A DNA stretch of 64,000 nt from Eledone cirrhosa (Eukaryota). The notes below the pieces were generated by a model. That model did not search any database. It was not told the DNA's origin and was given only the letters and a program-made list of their open reading frames with translations. Every line of letters begins with the position of its first letter. The stretch's first letter is position 1. The DNA lies in assembly GCA_964016885.1 (NCBI GenBank), contig OZ024740.1:57660001-57724000 (forward strand). The letters run 5' to 3'. The translations under genes were made by a program, and so were the position numbers. Of the stretch, positions 1 through 12,470 are shown one piece after another.

Positions 1-194
1 GCCAGAATGGAAAAGTAACCGTAAAAAAGATGACTCCAGTACTGGACTGGTATTTTATACTTACATATGGCTTATGTATAATATACATATATCATTATTA
101 TTAGAGGACATTGTAGTTTGCTTGAAGCATTCTGTAGAGTGTAGACAATATTGTGTTTTTTAGAGGGCTACAGCAATGCAAATGCTAAAAATAA

Positions 195-374
195 TTGTTT
201 CTACTTTTGGCACAAGGCCAGTAATTATCTCAGTACATTACTGTTACTTTATTTTATCGACCCCATGAGGATGAAAGGCAAAGTTAACCTTGGCGGGATT
301 TGAACTCAAAATGTAAAGGGACGTAACTATTCTATAAAGCATGGCGTCCGATCCTCTACCGATACTGCCAATTC
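195..374 (-). mobile_element. tRNA-derived SINE (family 1)
   Basis: Reverse complement of the element at 5288-5480, with A-box-like TGGCAGTATCGGT and B-box GAGTTCAAATCC. Confidence 0.8.
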
Positions 375-1384
375 AAATGCTAAAAATAATGATAAAGAGA
401 TTGCAATGTTACCTTGGAGTTGTTTAATAGTCCTTATATTTCAGAATAAAATACCTTCATCAAAAGAAAAACTGAGAAAACTAATTCAGAGGAGGATATC
501 TTGTGTTGTTCTTATGCTGGAATTTTTTTAATCTGAAAGCTGTGGGTTTTTTCAACGTCGAAAATGGTGAATGGATCATTATAGTGTATTCTAAGCTATA
601 GCTACATCTACTGTTGAAGTGGAAGGAAGTGTGGCAGTATGCCTGTCTATGTTAGTCACTGGGTTGAAATTACATTAACACAATCCAACTTCTATACATC
701 AATGTCAAAGAACAACTCATAGACAAGTGCAAAAACACAAAGAAGGATTTCACAGTTACCATGAAAGCCAGGGATAGCCATACTGGCAACATCCGAATCA
801 AGGAATCTATTCTAAAAGCCAAACACAAACCCCAAATCCTCCTATTCTGCTACTACACTGGACTCCGCTTGCATAACACTTCCACTCTGGTCCACCTGAT
901 TCACTCATCTCTTCTCTTGTGACAATAAGCATTTTACTTAGCCCTTCTTTCACAATGCCAGCCCTCAGGAGTCCCTTCTCTACTCAGGTTTTGCATTTAA
1001 AAATCTTCAAATGCATCCATCTCACCTGACTCAGCTGGTATAGAAAGGCCATGTACACAACCCCTTCCACAAGATCAAACAAAAGTTATGGGAAGGCTGT
1101 ATATTTTTTACAGTTTAGTCAAGAAGAAAAGAACAGTAGCTATGACTCTTTAATTCTTTCAGAGACTCTGAGCCTGGTGGGAAGACAGAAGAAATTATTT
1201 TCAAACTTGGCCAAAATGTTTGCAACAAAATGAACTCTGCTAAAGGCAACCAAAGATAAAGGGGTGGTGTTAAACTGGACAACAGATTAAGCCTACCACC
1301 TGAGAACTTAAAAACACAAAGAACTGGAATAAATACCACAAAGCATCTCATTTAATGCTCTAACAATTCTACCAATCCAAATCT

Positions 1385-1520
1385 ACCACTCTGGACTGGT
1401 GCTTTATTTTATTGAGCTAAAAGGAAGTAAGACTAAGTTGATTTTGATGGAATTTGAACTAGAGTATAGAACAAATAACAAAACATTTTGTCCAGTGCTT
1501 TAATGACTGCCAATTCACTA
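1385..1520 (-). mobile_element. Degenerate SINE family 1 copy
   Basis: Diverged match (GGAATTTGAACT...GACTGCCAATTCAC) to the other family 1 copies. Confidence 0.5.
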
Positions 1521-1591
1521 GGTTAACATATGAGTTAACATCAACAAAACGCTTTTTTAGTTGAGCTTTTATTTTTTTAAAGTAATTAGTA

Positions 1592-1597
<6 letters not shown>

Positions 1598-1628
<31 letters not shown>
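1598..1628. repeat. (GA)n microsatellite
   Basis: Direct reading. Confidence 0.95.
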
Positions 1629-1633
<5 letters not shown>

Positions 1634-2199
1634 CACAGTATTTGTAGGACCTCCCAAACTGGTGAGATTGATGTAGTTAATGTTTAGTTTGAACATCTGT
1701 GAGTTGACACCCACAGAGAAAATGTTGGTGGGAAAAAGTTAATCTCAGAGTGATGCTGTTCTGGAGAGGAAGGAAGGGTTGGATGAGATATTTAGACTGA
1801 GATTTGGGAAGCAAGACCACAATATTAAAGACAAGATGATGGGAGAGAGAGAGAGAGATAGATATGTGTCATATGTGTTCATTCTTGTAGCAAATATACA
1901 CCAACATTAAAGGATAACAACCAAATTGCATGCCTACAAAGAGTATTTTAGATATCTTGAAGTTATTTCAGTTTGAAGTGAAACAGATTTGTTAATGAAA
2001 GCGACAGGTTTTATTTTGCTTAAGTTCTTTTGACTGAGCTGAGTGGTGATATGCCATAATACAAAAGACATGTTTATCAATACAAAACATAGCAACTCTA
2101 AAAGTAAACATGACAGACCAGAGGCTGCAGAGTATAGCAATCAAAACTGAAGAAAGACAGTATAGAGTTGAAGAAAACTCTCCTGTCTAATCAAGCATC

Positions 2200-2537
2200 T
2201 GACAACTTCTCTAGTTCTGGTGTCACAATAAAATGCATCCAGTACATCCTGCAATGTGTTAGTGTTGATTACCATGATAAAATGCATCCAGTTCACTCTG
2301 TAAAGTGGTTGCACTGGTGTCATGAAAAACACACTTGTGCTGGTGCCACAAAACATGCACTCAATCCTATAAGGTGGTTGGTATTAGAAAGAGCATTCAG
2401 CAGTAGAAACCATACCAAATATACAATGTAACAAACAAGATTGGTTGCTCCGACCCACCTATTCTTGGACTGTAACAACCTGTCCAATCCATGCTAGCAT
2501 GGAAAGGGGGCATAAAATGATGATGATGATGATGATA
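2200..2537 (+). mobile_element. Old RTE/SINE 3' tail fragment
   Basis: Degenerate CACTCTGTAAAGTGG repeats, then CCATGCTAGCATGGAAA and an (ATG)n tail as in the younger RTE 3' ends. Confidence 0.65.
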
Positions 2538-2837
2538 TGTGGAAGAGGTTACATACATAAACTTTTCAGATCTCATACTAATGACATTTATCTAACCATT
2601 CCTCCTTAGAAAGTCAACCCTCTGGAAATCCCTTTCTCTCCATGTTTTTCCTACAGCTATTATCTTGCAACTGTTCAAAACAAATATTCACTGCAAAAGT
2701 CAAGGGCACAGCACCAAACTATTAAAAAAAATAACACTGGGCACTAAATATTCTTTCTTCTTTCGTGTATTCCTACAATATCCTTCAGATTTAACATCAA
2801 TAACAGTTATACACTCAATACAACAGCTACTGCCACA

Positions 2838-2930
2838 GTACTACCACCACTATTACTACTACTACTACTACTACTACTACTACGAGTACCATCACTACTA
2901 CGAGTACCATCACTACTATTACTACTGCTA
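2838..2930. repeat. (TAC)n/(CAC)n trinucleotide repeat
   Basis: Direct reading; explains the poly-Tyr of ORF 2665..3087. Confidence 0.9.
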
Positions 2931-3149
2931 CAATTTTTCAATTTTACATCTGTTTTTCCATGCTGGCATGGTTTGGACAGGACTTGAGGCAGGTTTTATG
3001 GCCAGATGCCCTTCTTTAGTGACTTCTTACAACATGCAGAGATATGGTACATCTATTCTAAAAACCGATATCCAGGACACACAATAAAACTGGTATAGAG
3101 CTTCTGTAGGCTTTAAGTCTTATCTTTCACCTTAATTACAGATACTCCA

Positions 3150-4316
3150 TACACCATATTGTACTTGTTTGGTGATGGAGAGGCAGAATTCAAGTGTGGC
3201 AAAGACTCTGGGGAGAATGAAATTCAGCCCAAAATGTTAAATGCCTTAAATAGGTGTTCTCTGGGTGACTCGTGTGTCCAAGTGGCCTGAATCTCTGGAA
3301 AGGTACCTAAGCAGTGGCAATCACGAGTGATAATCCTAATTTTCAAAAAAGGAGATTGCTCCAATTTTAGAGGGGTCTCCTTGTTAAGCTTCCCCGGTAA
3401 AGTCTATGCTATGTTGTTATATAACAAAATAGTTAGTGTAATACGTTTTTAATGAGAAGACCTGGAGAAAAGGATTGTGGGAAGAAAAATACAAACGAAT
3501 CCGTTTAATTCATTATATAATCAGGTGAGAGAAATCTCAGAAGGTGTAACACTTGTGTTATCATATTTCTAACAAAAGACGTTGCTTGTGATTTGGGAAT
3601 AATTAAGAATTTGGTGAGACTTAGTAATATAAGTAACTGTTTCATTATTTATCTGAAACACTTGTCCTCTCAAGGTAGCTGGCACAGTACACTCTACATA
3701 TGAGTGGAGTTCCACTGAAGCAGGTGGAGGAGTTCAAATACCCCAGGGTTGTGTTCATGAGTGAAGGAAGGCAGGAGGCTGAATTAAGTGCAAGAATTGC
3801 AAGAGATGGAGCAGTAATGTGCCAGCTTCAGCATTCGGTCATCAGAAGAAGGGAAGTAGGTGTAAAAGCCAAACTCGCTATCTTCAATTTGATATTCATA
3901 CTAACCCTTACCTATGGTCATGAATCTTTTGTAATGACCAAAAGAATACAATAGCTAATACAAGTGGTTGAAATGGGGTTCCTCGAAAGGGTCTTTGGAG
4001 TAATGTTACTCGATGGACTGCGTAGCTCAGAGATCAGAGAGTCGCTTCATGTAGAGCTGCTAGTTCTCCGAATTGAGAGATCAAATCTCCAATATTATGG
4101 GTATGTGGTTAGAATGTTTCAGGAAAGAATCACTGGACAGATTTTACAGGCAAAAGCCAACCGGCAAGAGACCCATCCAAGTAAGATGGTTGAATAACAT
4201 CTATGAGTTTAGCTGGTCCCGTTCGAGGACTGTTGCGTCTGACTGGACTTGCTGGAATACATGCTTGAGGACTCTGCCCCCATGACCCGCCTAGGAATAA
4301 GTGAGCGAAGAAGAAG
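3150..4316 (+). mobile_element. Decayed RTE-clade LINE (Expander/Rex3-like), RT fragments and C-terminus
   Basis: Peptides FKKGDCSNFRGVSLLSFPGKVYA, VEEFKY, LTYGHES, EMGFLERV and YYGYVVRM; stops, an internal deletion and an AT-rich insertion at about 3420-3660. Confidence 0.8.
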
Positions 4317-5287
4317 GTATAACAACTTAGTTATTTAGTATGAGGTAACAGAGACAGCAGGAGATTTGATCAAATATTTGCAGTAAGTTATTTTTCAATT
4401 CTCAATCCTGATCATTTTTCTTCTCTTTGTTTTATCTTCTGAAGCTTCTGTAATGGAAGCAATGCTATCCATTCATTTATAGATTTCATTTGGCATCCAC
4501 TCTCTCCTGCTGTTAACGACTGGTTTCTTCTTCTTCTGATACAGATATATCAGTCTCTACACTTTTATAGAGTGAAATATATTCTTGAACCGGAATAGAT
4601 TCAGTATTCTTGGCCATCATTTTATCGTATTTCCTGACCAGTATTTTAATCAATTTAGCTTTCCATTTCACCAAAATAGTAGGTTGCAAATGTTTGTTAT
4701 TCTGTGAAAGGTTATGTTAAATATGATCACTAATATTTTCTCTCTCTTAGTTCAAACAGTACTTTATCACTTCCCAGGTATTGTTAACAACAGTGTCAGC
4801 CAGCACAGTTAGAGTATTGAGGAGCTGCTGTTATTGTTGTTGTTAGTGGTGGTGGTGGTGATGTTAAGCCCAAAGTCAAATCTGATTGAGTTAGACTTAT
4901 CATCAAAGGCATTCCAAATTTGATATATCCCCCTCTCTCTGTTTTTTCACTCTAGTTACTGTGCATGCAAGACTATATTATCCAATATGTCCTTCTTCTT
5001 TTAGGGTAGTAAGGTGTAATTTTAGGGAGATTTGGCTGCTATTTCAAGCTGGTCAAGTAACTACAAAGATGTTCCTTTAGTACCAAGTTTATGAGTTGTT
5101 GTTAACATGATCGAATAGAACTATAATAAAAGGCCTTGATGATCTGGTTACCAACCCACCCAGATATAGTATATCAAGGAGTATATTATCCAATTTGTCC
5201 TTTCTTTTTTAAGATAGTTGTCAAGATTTGGCTGCTATTTCTAGTAATTTAAGCGCCTACATTATGTCTCCATTATTTACAACTACA

Positions 5288-5480
5288 GGGCGGTGGATTG
5301 GCAGTATCGGTAAGGGTCGGACGCCATGCTTTGAAGCATAGAGTTACCTCCCTTTATGATCTGAGTTCAAATCCCGCCGAGGTTAACTTTGCCTTTCATC
5401 CTTACGGGGTCGATAAAATAAAGTACCAGTAATGCACTGGAATAATTGCTGGCCTTGTGCCAAAAGTAGAAACAATTATT
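5288..5480 (+). mobile_element. tRNA-derived SINE (family 1)
   Basis: Pol III A/B boxes; body GGTTAACTTTGCCTTTCATCC..GGGGTCGATAAAATAAAGTACCAGT shared with 4 other copies in the window. Confidence 0.85.
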
Positions 5481-5638
5481 TACAAGTACTTAATGGTGGA
5501 AATGAGGTTTTGAAAGAAAGTAAGGATGGGCTCCAAGATTTACAGCTTAAATGTCTGAGACAGTTCATTATCAGTTAAGACTTGTAAATCTAAGATCTAT
5601 ATTTCAACGGATTCTAAAAATCTAAAAAAAGAAATTCA

Positions 5639-5891
5639 TTAACCCTTTTAATACTAAACTGACTTAAACTGTTCCTGGCTCTTTGATAAAAAGTTGTTTA
5701 TTGTTAAGTTTTTATATTTATCTAATGATTTTATGAAAGAACTTTTGCTAACTTATGCTACAGACACCAACTAAGTAACAAGAAAGTTAGTTATATTATC
5801 AAATCTTTACCAGTTTTTTTTATTATTCTCAAAATTATTTGAAACTCATAAACAATGTCTTTCATTAGATATATAGTAAGGAAAGGGTTAA
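5639..5891. mobile_element. piggyBac-type MITE
   Basis: TTAA|CCCTTT ... AAAGGG|TTAA termini, i.e. a TTAA target site with CCC/GGG inverted ends. Confidence 0.55.
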
Positions 5892-6105
5892 AGGCAAGCA
5901 AACTAAACAGACATATTTAATTAGTACAGATTTATCAAAGCATAGCCAATAGGCATCTTTTTTTAGAGAAATTGAGTAATAGTAATAAGGAAACAAATGG
6001 GAGTTACAATATGATCTGTCTACCACTTTCTATTTTCACCACTGGTTAAAATATTTCTTAATAATAAGTATCAATTTTCAGAAGTAGCATATAATAATGA
6101 CTCAC

Positions 6106-6179
6106 ATGCAACACATGTTTCAACAGCATTCTGTTCTATATCTGTACACAGATACCAGTCATATTTAACATGTGAAATG
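6106..6179 (-). CDS. Candidate host-gene exon (ISHVKYDWYLCTDIEQNAVETCVA)
   Basis: Acceptor ttcctgtttattctag and donor GTGAGT bound a 74-nt open frame; protein not recognised. Confidence 0.4.
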
Positions 6180-7586
6180 CTAGAATAAACAGGAAGATTT
6201 CATCATTTTCAAAAAAACATTAATTACATCCATATGTGAAAATAACATTTGAGACTACTAATAAATCTGTATCTAAAAGCAGATATTTTTAACCTAATTA
6301 ATAGATATCTGGAGGCAATTGCAGAATCAATCGGGTATCATACTACTAACTATGATTGTAATTGTCTAACGTTAAACAACTTAAATCTAAATAGCAAACT
6401 AACTGCAAATATGTACCACAGAGTTCTTTAGCTCACAGTTCACATAAAAAGAGAAGCCACAAGCTGGTCATTCAACCTGCTAGAAATAGCTCTCAATTTT
6501 TCTCAAATCACTCACAACCATTTTAAACAGGGAAGGACACATTAGATAATGTAGTCCTATATTTATTATGTCTGAAAAAAGGACTGGATGGTTACGGCTG
6601 GAATGCCTTTAATCCTAAGTCTGTTCAATTAGAGCTGACTGGGATGTGAGCAAATGAGATAGTGTCTACTTGGTCATTGAACTTGTTAGAAATAGCTACC
6701 AAATTTCTTTCATTACACCCTACCATCTTAAAATAGGAGTTTAGGTTGGATAATGTAGTCCTTAGTTCCCTGTGCCCGGGGGGAAACAACAGAATGGTCA
6801 TAACTGAAATATTTTTGAACTTTATTGTTTTCAGTCAGAATCCTCATATAATATATTAAGCCTTTGTTTGTCACGATCCTTACATACATCAGTCTAGCAT
6901 ACTAAGCAAGGCTTTTTTCCAGATGCAGTAGAGATCTTATGACTACTTTTACTAAATATTCATTAAGTCATGTGTATATTCAATAATTTTTTTCATAAAT
7001 GAATTGTAGTTTTTCATGTTATATATACACATGATTGGCTTTTGTACAGTTTCTCTCTACCAAATTTCACTTGAAAGACAATCAATTTGAGGCTACGGTA
7101 TTGATAGAAGACACCTTTCCAAAGTGTCATATGGTGAGACTGAACTTAAAGCTATGAGGTTACTAAACAAATGTTTTATTCAAAGCAACTATACCTGAGC
7201 CTCTGGTGCTAATTATATACATTTGTAACAAATGATGATGGTGTTGTGGGGCTATTATTGGCAAATAACTAGAGTGGTGATATCAATACAAATCCAGCTG
7301 CTTACTTCATGTCCTTAACACTTTCATAACCGTATTTCTAATGAAATACAACCTATTTCAATTAATCAATTCAGAATTTTGAGGGATTTACAAAATATCA
7401 TTAATTATTTCAGAGTTGTACTTATCAAGAAAGTAACTTAATCTAAGACCTTGCATTGAAGAGTCATTTTAACCATTTAAAAATACACAACTGTTAACTT
7501 TCCTATAAACATATTTATTTCTTGGTGTGAGTTTTTAAATGGTTAAAATGACTTTTCCATGCAATAATTGTATTATTTCATTACAA

Positions 7587-7812
7587 GTGGTAGATTGGCA
7601 GAATTGGTAGTGAGTCAGACACCATGTTTTGCAGCAGCATAGAGTTATGGCTCTTTACATTCTGAGTTCAAATCCCACTAAGGTTAGCTTTGCCTTTCAT
7701 CTTTACAAGGTCAATAAAATAAAGTACCAGTAATGCACTGGGGTTGATTTCATCGACTTTCTCTCCCACCCACCCCAAATTGCTGGCCTTGTGCCTATAG
7801 TACAAATTATTT
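7587..7812 (+). mobile_element. tRNA-derived SINE (family 1)
   Basis: Same A/B boxes and body as 5288-5480. Confidence 0.8.
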
Positions 7813-9783
7813 CATTACTAAGATAGTAACTTAACAAATGGTTCTTATATAAAATTATGTTGGAAGAGTTTAATTTAAATAGAAGCACCTTTAAAATGGT
7901 TGGTTTTGTTTTATAGAACTAGAGCTGGTTTTGGTCAGGTTGGTGTCATTAACTAATTTTCTCTGCTAACTTTTAATTGATTTCATTGTGAATATATCTT
8001 CTAATTTCCTTGTATTGAAATCTCTCATTTAGGAACACTTATTACTAAGCAATTGTGCTGATAATCATTTTGGCTATCATTCATCCTAAAGTTATCCCAA
8101 CAAAACACAGCTGTGTGGTTAAGAAGTTTACTTTGCAGCCATTTGGTTCCAGGTTTCACCCCACTGCATCAAACCTTGGACAAGTGTATCTCTTAATGAT
8201 TGACCAATACTTTCTGAGTAGAGTTTGTTTGACTGTGACTACATGGAAATATATATGCGTGTGTAAGTATATCTTTCACCAATGAACATTGGCAAAGGCT
8301 TTAAACATTGACAAAAAAAAAACAAAAAACAAAAAAAAACAACCAAACAAAAATGGTGTTTACAATCAGAATTTTTTGAAATATTTTTTCTGCCTCGAGT
8401 TACAGACACTCCCTTGCAACTGTCAAAGAAGCAGTAAACCAATGGTAGGCACATTGGAATCTTGTAATCAACAATTATAATATAAAATATATAAATTTAA
8501 AAAAAACAAAAACAATTATATTAATTAGTTTTCAATACAAAAAATACTACATTCTCATCTGCACAGCATGGAATACTGGAAAACCTTACTTTGAAGCCAA
8601 TAAGGAAACCTCTACTCTGTTATTTGCTCGATCCCTTAGAAATAGCAACCAAATCTTTCATAAATCACATTGTACCATCTTTAAAAGAGCAAGACATTCT
8701 GGAAAATGTTGTTTTGGATATATTATGCTGAATGGAATAGTCATAGTTGGTCACTCAACTGACTACATACACACCATAAATCAATTTGATCAAGACTGAC
8801 ATGGGATTACACGACAAATCTTCTTACTCTGTTTTTCTATTTGTAAGGAAAACCTGATATCTCACACTTTGCATAGCTTCAAGATACTATTTTCAACTAT
8901 CCATTTTCTTCCTTTCTTTCTAAATCTATTCTTGCTGCTATTATTTAGCATGAGAAAATCTATTATCAAAGCCTCTCCAGCCATGGCCATCTTTTTTTTT
9001 ATTTTTGAAAAGATGTTCCAAAAATCAATATTATCCAAGGGTCCTTTTTTAAGATGATAGTATGTGATCTGAGTGGAATTTAGCTGTTATTCTAGCAGGA
9101 AGAAAGGTTGTGTAAGAAGCTCTTTTATTAGCTCAAAGATCAAAGTGTTGTTATCTTTTAGCCTCAGGTTAGCCCTAATTGAACAGACCAACAATCAAAT
9201 ACATGTCCTATTCTGCTGGATCTTTCCCGTCCAAACCCATGCAAGCGTGGAAGATGGACGTTAAACGATGATGATGATCTTTAACATCTTGGTAACCTTC
9301 TCTACTAATTTCATTGCCTTCACATTCTTAACCCTTTAATATTTAAACTAGCTGTATCCTGCCAGAATTCTCTCACCACTTTCTGTTCAAACTGGCTGTA
9401 ACGGCTGCTCATACTGATGTTAAGGTATTGTTCTCAAAACCAAAAAATATCAAAATCTCATAGATTTGATATTATGTGAAATAATTGTGAAATAAAGCCT
9501 TTACTTCAAAAATAGAAAAGTAAATATAAAGTAATGTAAATGGTAATGGGTTAATGACCCTTTCCACCTCCACCATATCATCATCATTGTTGTCATCACC
9601 ATCACCACCACTATCATCCTTTTAACATCTGTTTCTCCATGTTGTGTTCTTTTGTCATCTCCTCTCTCAAGTTCAACACTTTTGAGATCCGTTCTCATCA
9701 CTATTACTCAGGGTCCCTCTATTTGGATACACTTGGAGAAAACCCTCTTTTTTCCCTACACATTCTTCTTGTTCAGTAATTAC

Positions 9784-9927
9784 TCATAGTACTATTTGCA
9801 AACTCTTTCTTCTCAGCCAAGTGTGCTGCAAGGAATCTGTACATACTTTTGAGAGACACTTTATCACCCTCAGTATTGGAAATGGGAAACAGTGAATCAG
9901 TGATTGGGAAACGTAAAACCAGCATTG
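9784..9927 (-). CDS. Candidate host-gene exon (MLVLRFPITDSLFPISNTEGDKVSLKSMYRFLAAHLAEKKEFANSTM)
   Basis: 144-nt symmetric phase 1-1 open frame between acceptor tttaatacaatag and donor GTAATT; non-repetitive sequence with protein-like composition. Confidence 0.5.
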   Translation of the reverse strand, partial: QCWFYVSQSLIHCFPFPILRVIKCLSKVCTDSLQHTWLRRKSLQIVL

Positions 9928-10271
9928 CTATTGTATTAAACTGTATGATATAAAAACTAGAAATTTTATATAATAAATATGTATAAAGCACAATGTACTT
10001 TCAATTTCTTGTTAATTCTTAACACCCTGTAATGATCTAATTGAAAAATATTTCTAAAATGGGTTTGTTACTTCAATGTTTATAGTGTATTTATTATTGG
10101 ACCAGCATTAGAGTAGAGACTTCAATTTCTAAAGTAATGCAGTCATAGTGCTGTTTTCAAAAATGTCTTGTTAAAGTGGCATCATGTGGTATAGGATGTT
10201 AAGAGCCATTGCATTTTACTTTCACTACTAATACTCTTAGGAAAAATATGATTGACATACTTCTCGTTCAC

Positions 10272-10318
10272 CTCTTCTATAATACAAATACTTTATTCCG
10301 TGCAAAAAGAAGCCAGCT
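10272..10318 (-). CDS. Candidate small host exon (AGFFLHGIKYLYYRR)
   Basis: Acceptor cttcatattag and donor GTGAAC; phase-compatible with the 9784-9927 exon; speculative. Confidence 0.25.
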
Positions 10319-11399
10319 CTAATATGAAGCAGATTCAAACAATTGTTTAAACAGATATCATCCACTCAAAGAAATGAATTTTTATGGTAATTAGATTGTT
10401 TCCTCATTAGAAACTATTAAATGTATGACCATTTATTACACAGGCTTAAAATATAATTACCTTTCAAGTAGACAAAGTAAAAATTGTGAAATTAGCTTCC
10501 TATGTTGTCACTAGATGTTCTAAACATATATGTGACATTAGAATCCTATGTTTGACTACAAATATTTGTAGTTATCTGACTGGCAATGAAACCAAGAATA
10601 TTTATGTCAAGAAAATCAATAATTATGTCAACAATATAGAAACAATCATTATCAATGTTTTTGAAATTCAATTTACCTTAATTATATAAAGTTATCAAAT
10701 ATATTATAGCCAACATCAATTGAAGAAGTATTGCAACTTATTATCTAAACAGAAAAAAAAATTGTTATTTGGATTTCATCACAAGAATAATTTTTGTAGT
10801 AGTAGTGATATTTATAGTTGAGAGAAATTTGTTCTTAAATAATTTCATGTTTGATATGAAACCAATACAACACTGCTTATATTTATCTAAAAACCTTCCA
10901 TCATAATGTTTTGTTAACTCTTTTGATAACAACCTAGCCAAAACCACCTCTAGTTCTATGAAACAAAAATAACGAATTTTGAAGAATTACTATTTTGATT
11001 AAGCTCTCTCTATGTCATGTTGTTTTAACTTAAGAAAAATCTACTCTCATACTTCTAAATACTCCAGTCCCACATTCTCTCAGACTTTGTTCTTGGAATT
11101 CATCTTTTTCCCTCGAAAAATCTCCTCCCATGTAGACCCTCTTTCTTCATTTCCCCTCCCACACACACACTTACATATCACCATACTTCTAGATAAGTCA
11201 AATGGCAGCAGTGCCAAAATATCTTAATCCAACCTCTAACTATAGCATCACTACTACAAGGTACAATTTCTGTGTATTTAGTGGATTGTATAATATCCAG
11301 ATTTCAAGGTTGGAGAAATTCTTCTTGATATGAACTCATCACTTATCCACAGGCAACAAAGCGAACCTTCTTTATTTCATTCATGGAAAGCTGGCACCA

Positions 11400-12470
11400 A
11401 TTCCAATTCTGCATCTCTATTAATGTAGGCACGATGAGAGGGAAATCAGGTGAGATTGTAGAAATGAAAGAGTGAGGGAGGGTGGACTTGTGTTATGTTA
11501 AAAGACTAGCTGGAGAGGAGAATCAGCTAGACTCCTTGTAGGCAAAGATCAACGCTACACATTTTCCTGGGTGAGTAATGATTATGGGCTAAGTAGAGTA
11601 GGTATTCTGTTACCAGAAAAATGGGTAGATAATGTAATCACAGTAAAAGGGAGCAAATTACAGAATCATAAACTCAGGATAGTCCTAGACGGAACAGCTG
11701 TAACTATTACATCTGCATATGCATCAGATTCATGACTATCAGATGAACTTAAAGACAACTTTTACGAATCCCTAATTCAAACTACGTATTTAGTGAGTGT
11801 CGATGAACTTTTAATCATAGCAAGCAACTTTAATGGGCACGTTGGGCAACATTGTGATGACCTCTAGGGATCTATGGAGGTTTGGTGTATGGCACGAAAA
11901 ATGAGGAAGGATCCAGGCTCCTTGAATTCTGTGACACCAACGATCTACCTATCTACACTAGCCAGAATGATAACAGGATGGAAAAAGTTCAGGGAGCTAC
12001 TACCACCGTTAGCTACAAAAGGCTTTGTAGGATGCTTGTGTACAAATAGCAATGCTTCATGGAAGTGAGACCTGGGGACTGTGTGCAGAGAACCTATGAA
12101 GATTGGAAAGAAGTATAACTTGCATGCTTCAATGGATGAGTAATAGTTGTGTGCATGAAGGTCAAAGTGACAATAAACCAAGAGAGAAAGTGGGCATAAG
12201 AGGAGTCAGATGCAGTGTGTAGGAGAGACGATTGTGGTAGTATGGACATGTGATGCATATGGTGGATGACAACTGTATAGAAAGGTGCAGGATGCTCAAA
12301 GTTGACAAAAACAATGAAAGAGGAAGACCCAGAAAATCTTGGGAGGAAGTGATAAAAGCTGACCTAGCACATTTAAACTTCTCAAAGGAGATGACACAGG
12401 ATTGGGAACTCTGGCATTATGTTGTACTGCAAAAGACCTGCCTTCCCATGAGCACAGGATGAAGCAAACC
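11400..12470 (+). mobile_element. Decayed RTE LINE (AP-endonuclease fragment joined to C-terminus)
   Basis: NFNGHVG endonuclease motif, GWKKFRELLP and GRPRKSW; many stops and a large internal deletion. Confidence 0.8.

Noticed and set aside
2665-3087. Tyr/His-rich ORF
   Set aside because: Translation of a (TAC)n microsatellite plus a repeat tail.
3490-3530. Hammerhead in the AT-rich insertion within the first RTE
   Set aside because: Two core substitutions (CTGATTA, TAAAC) and no stem I; at best a relic.
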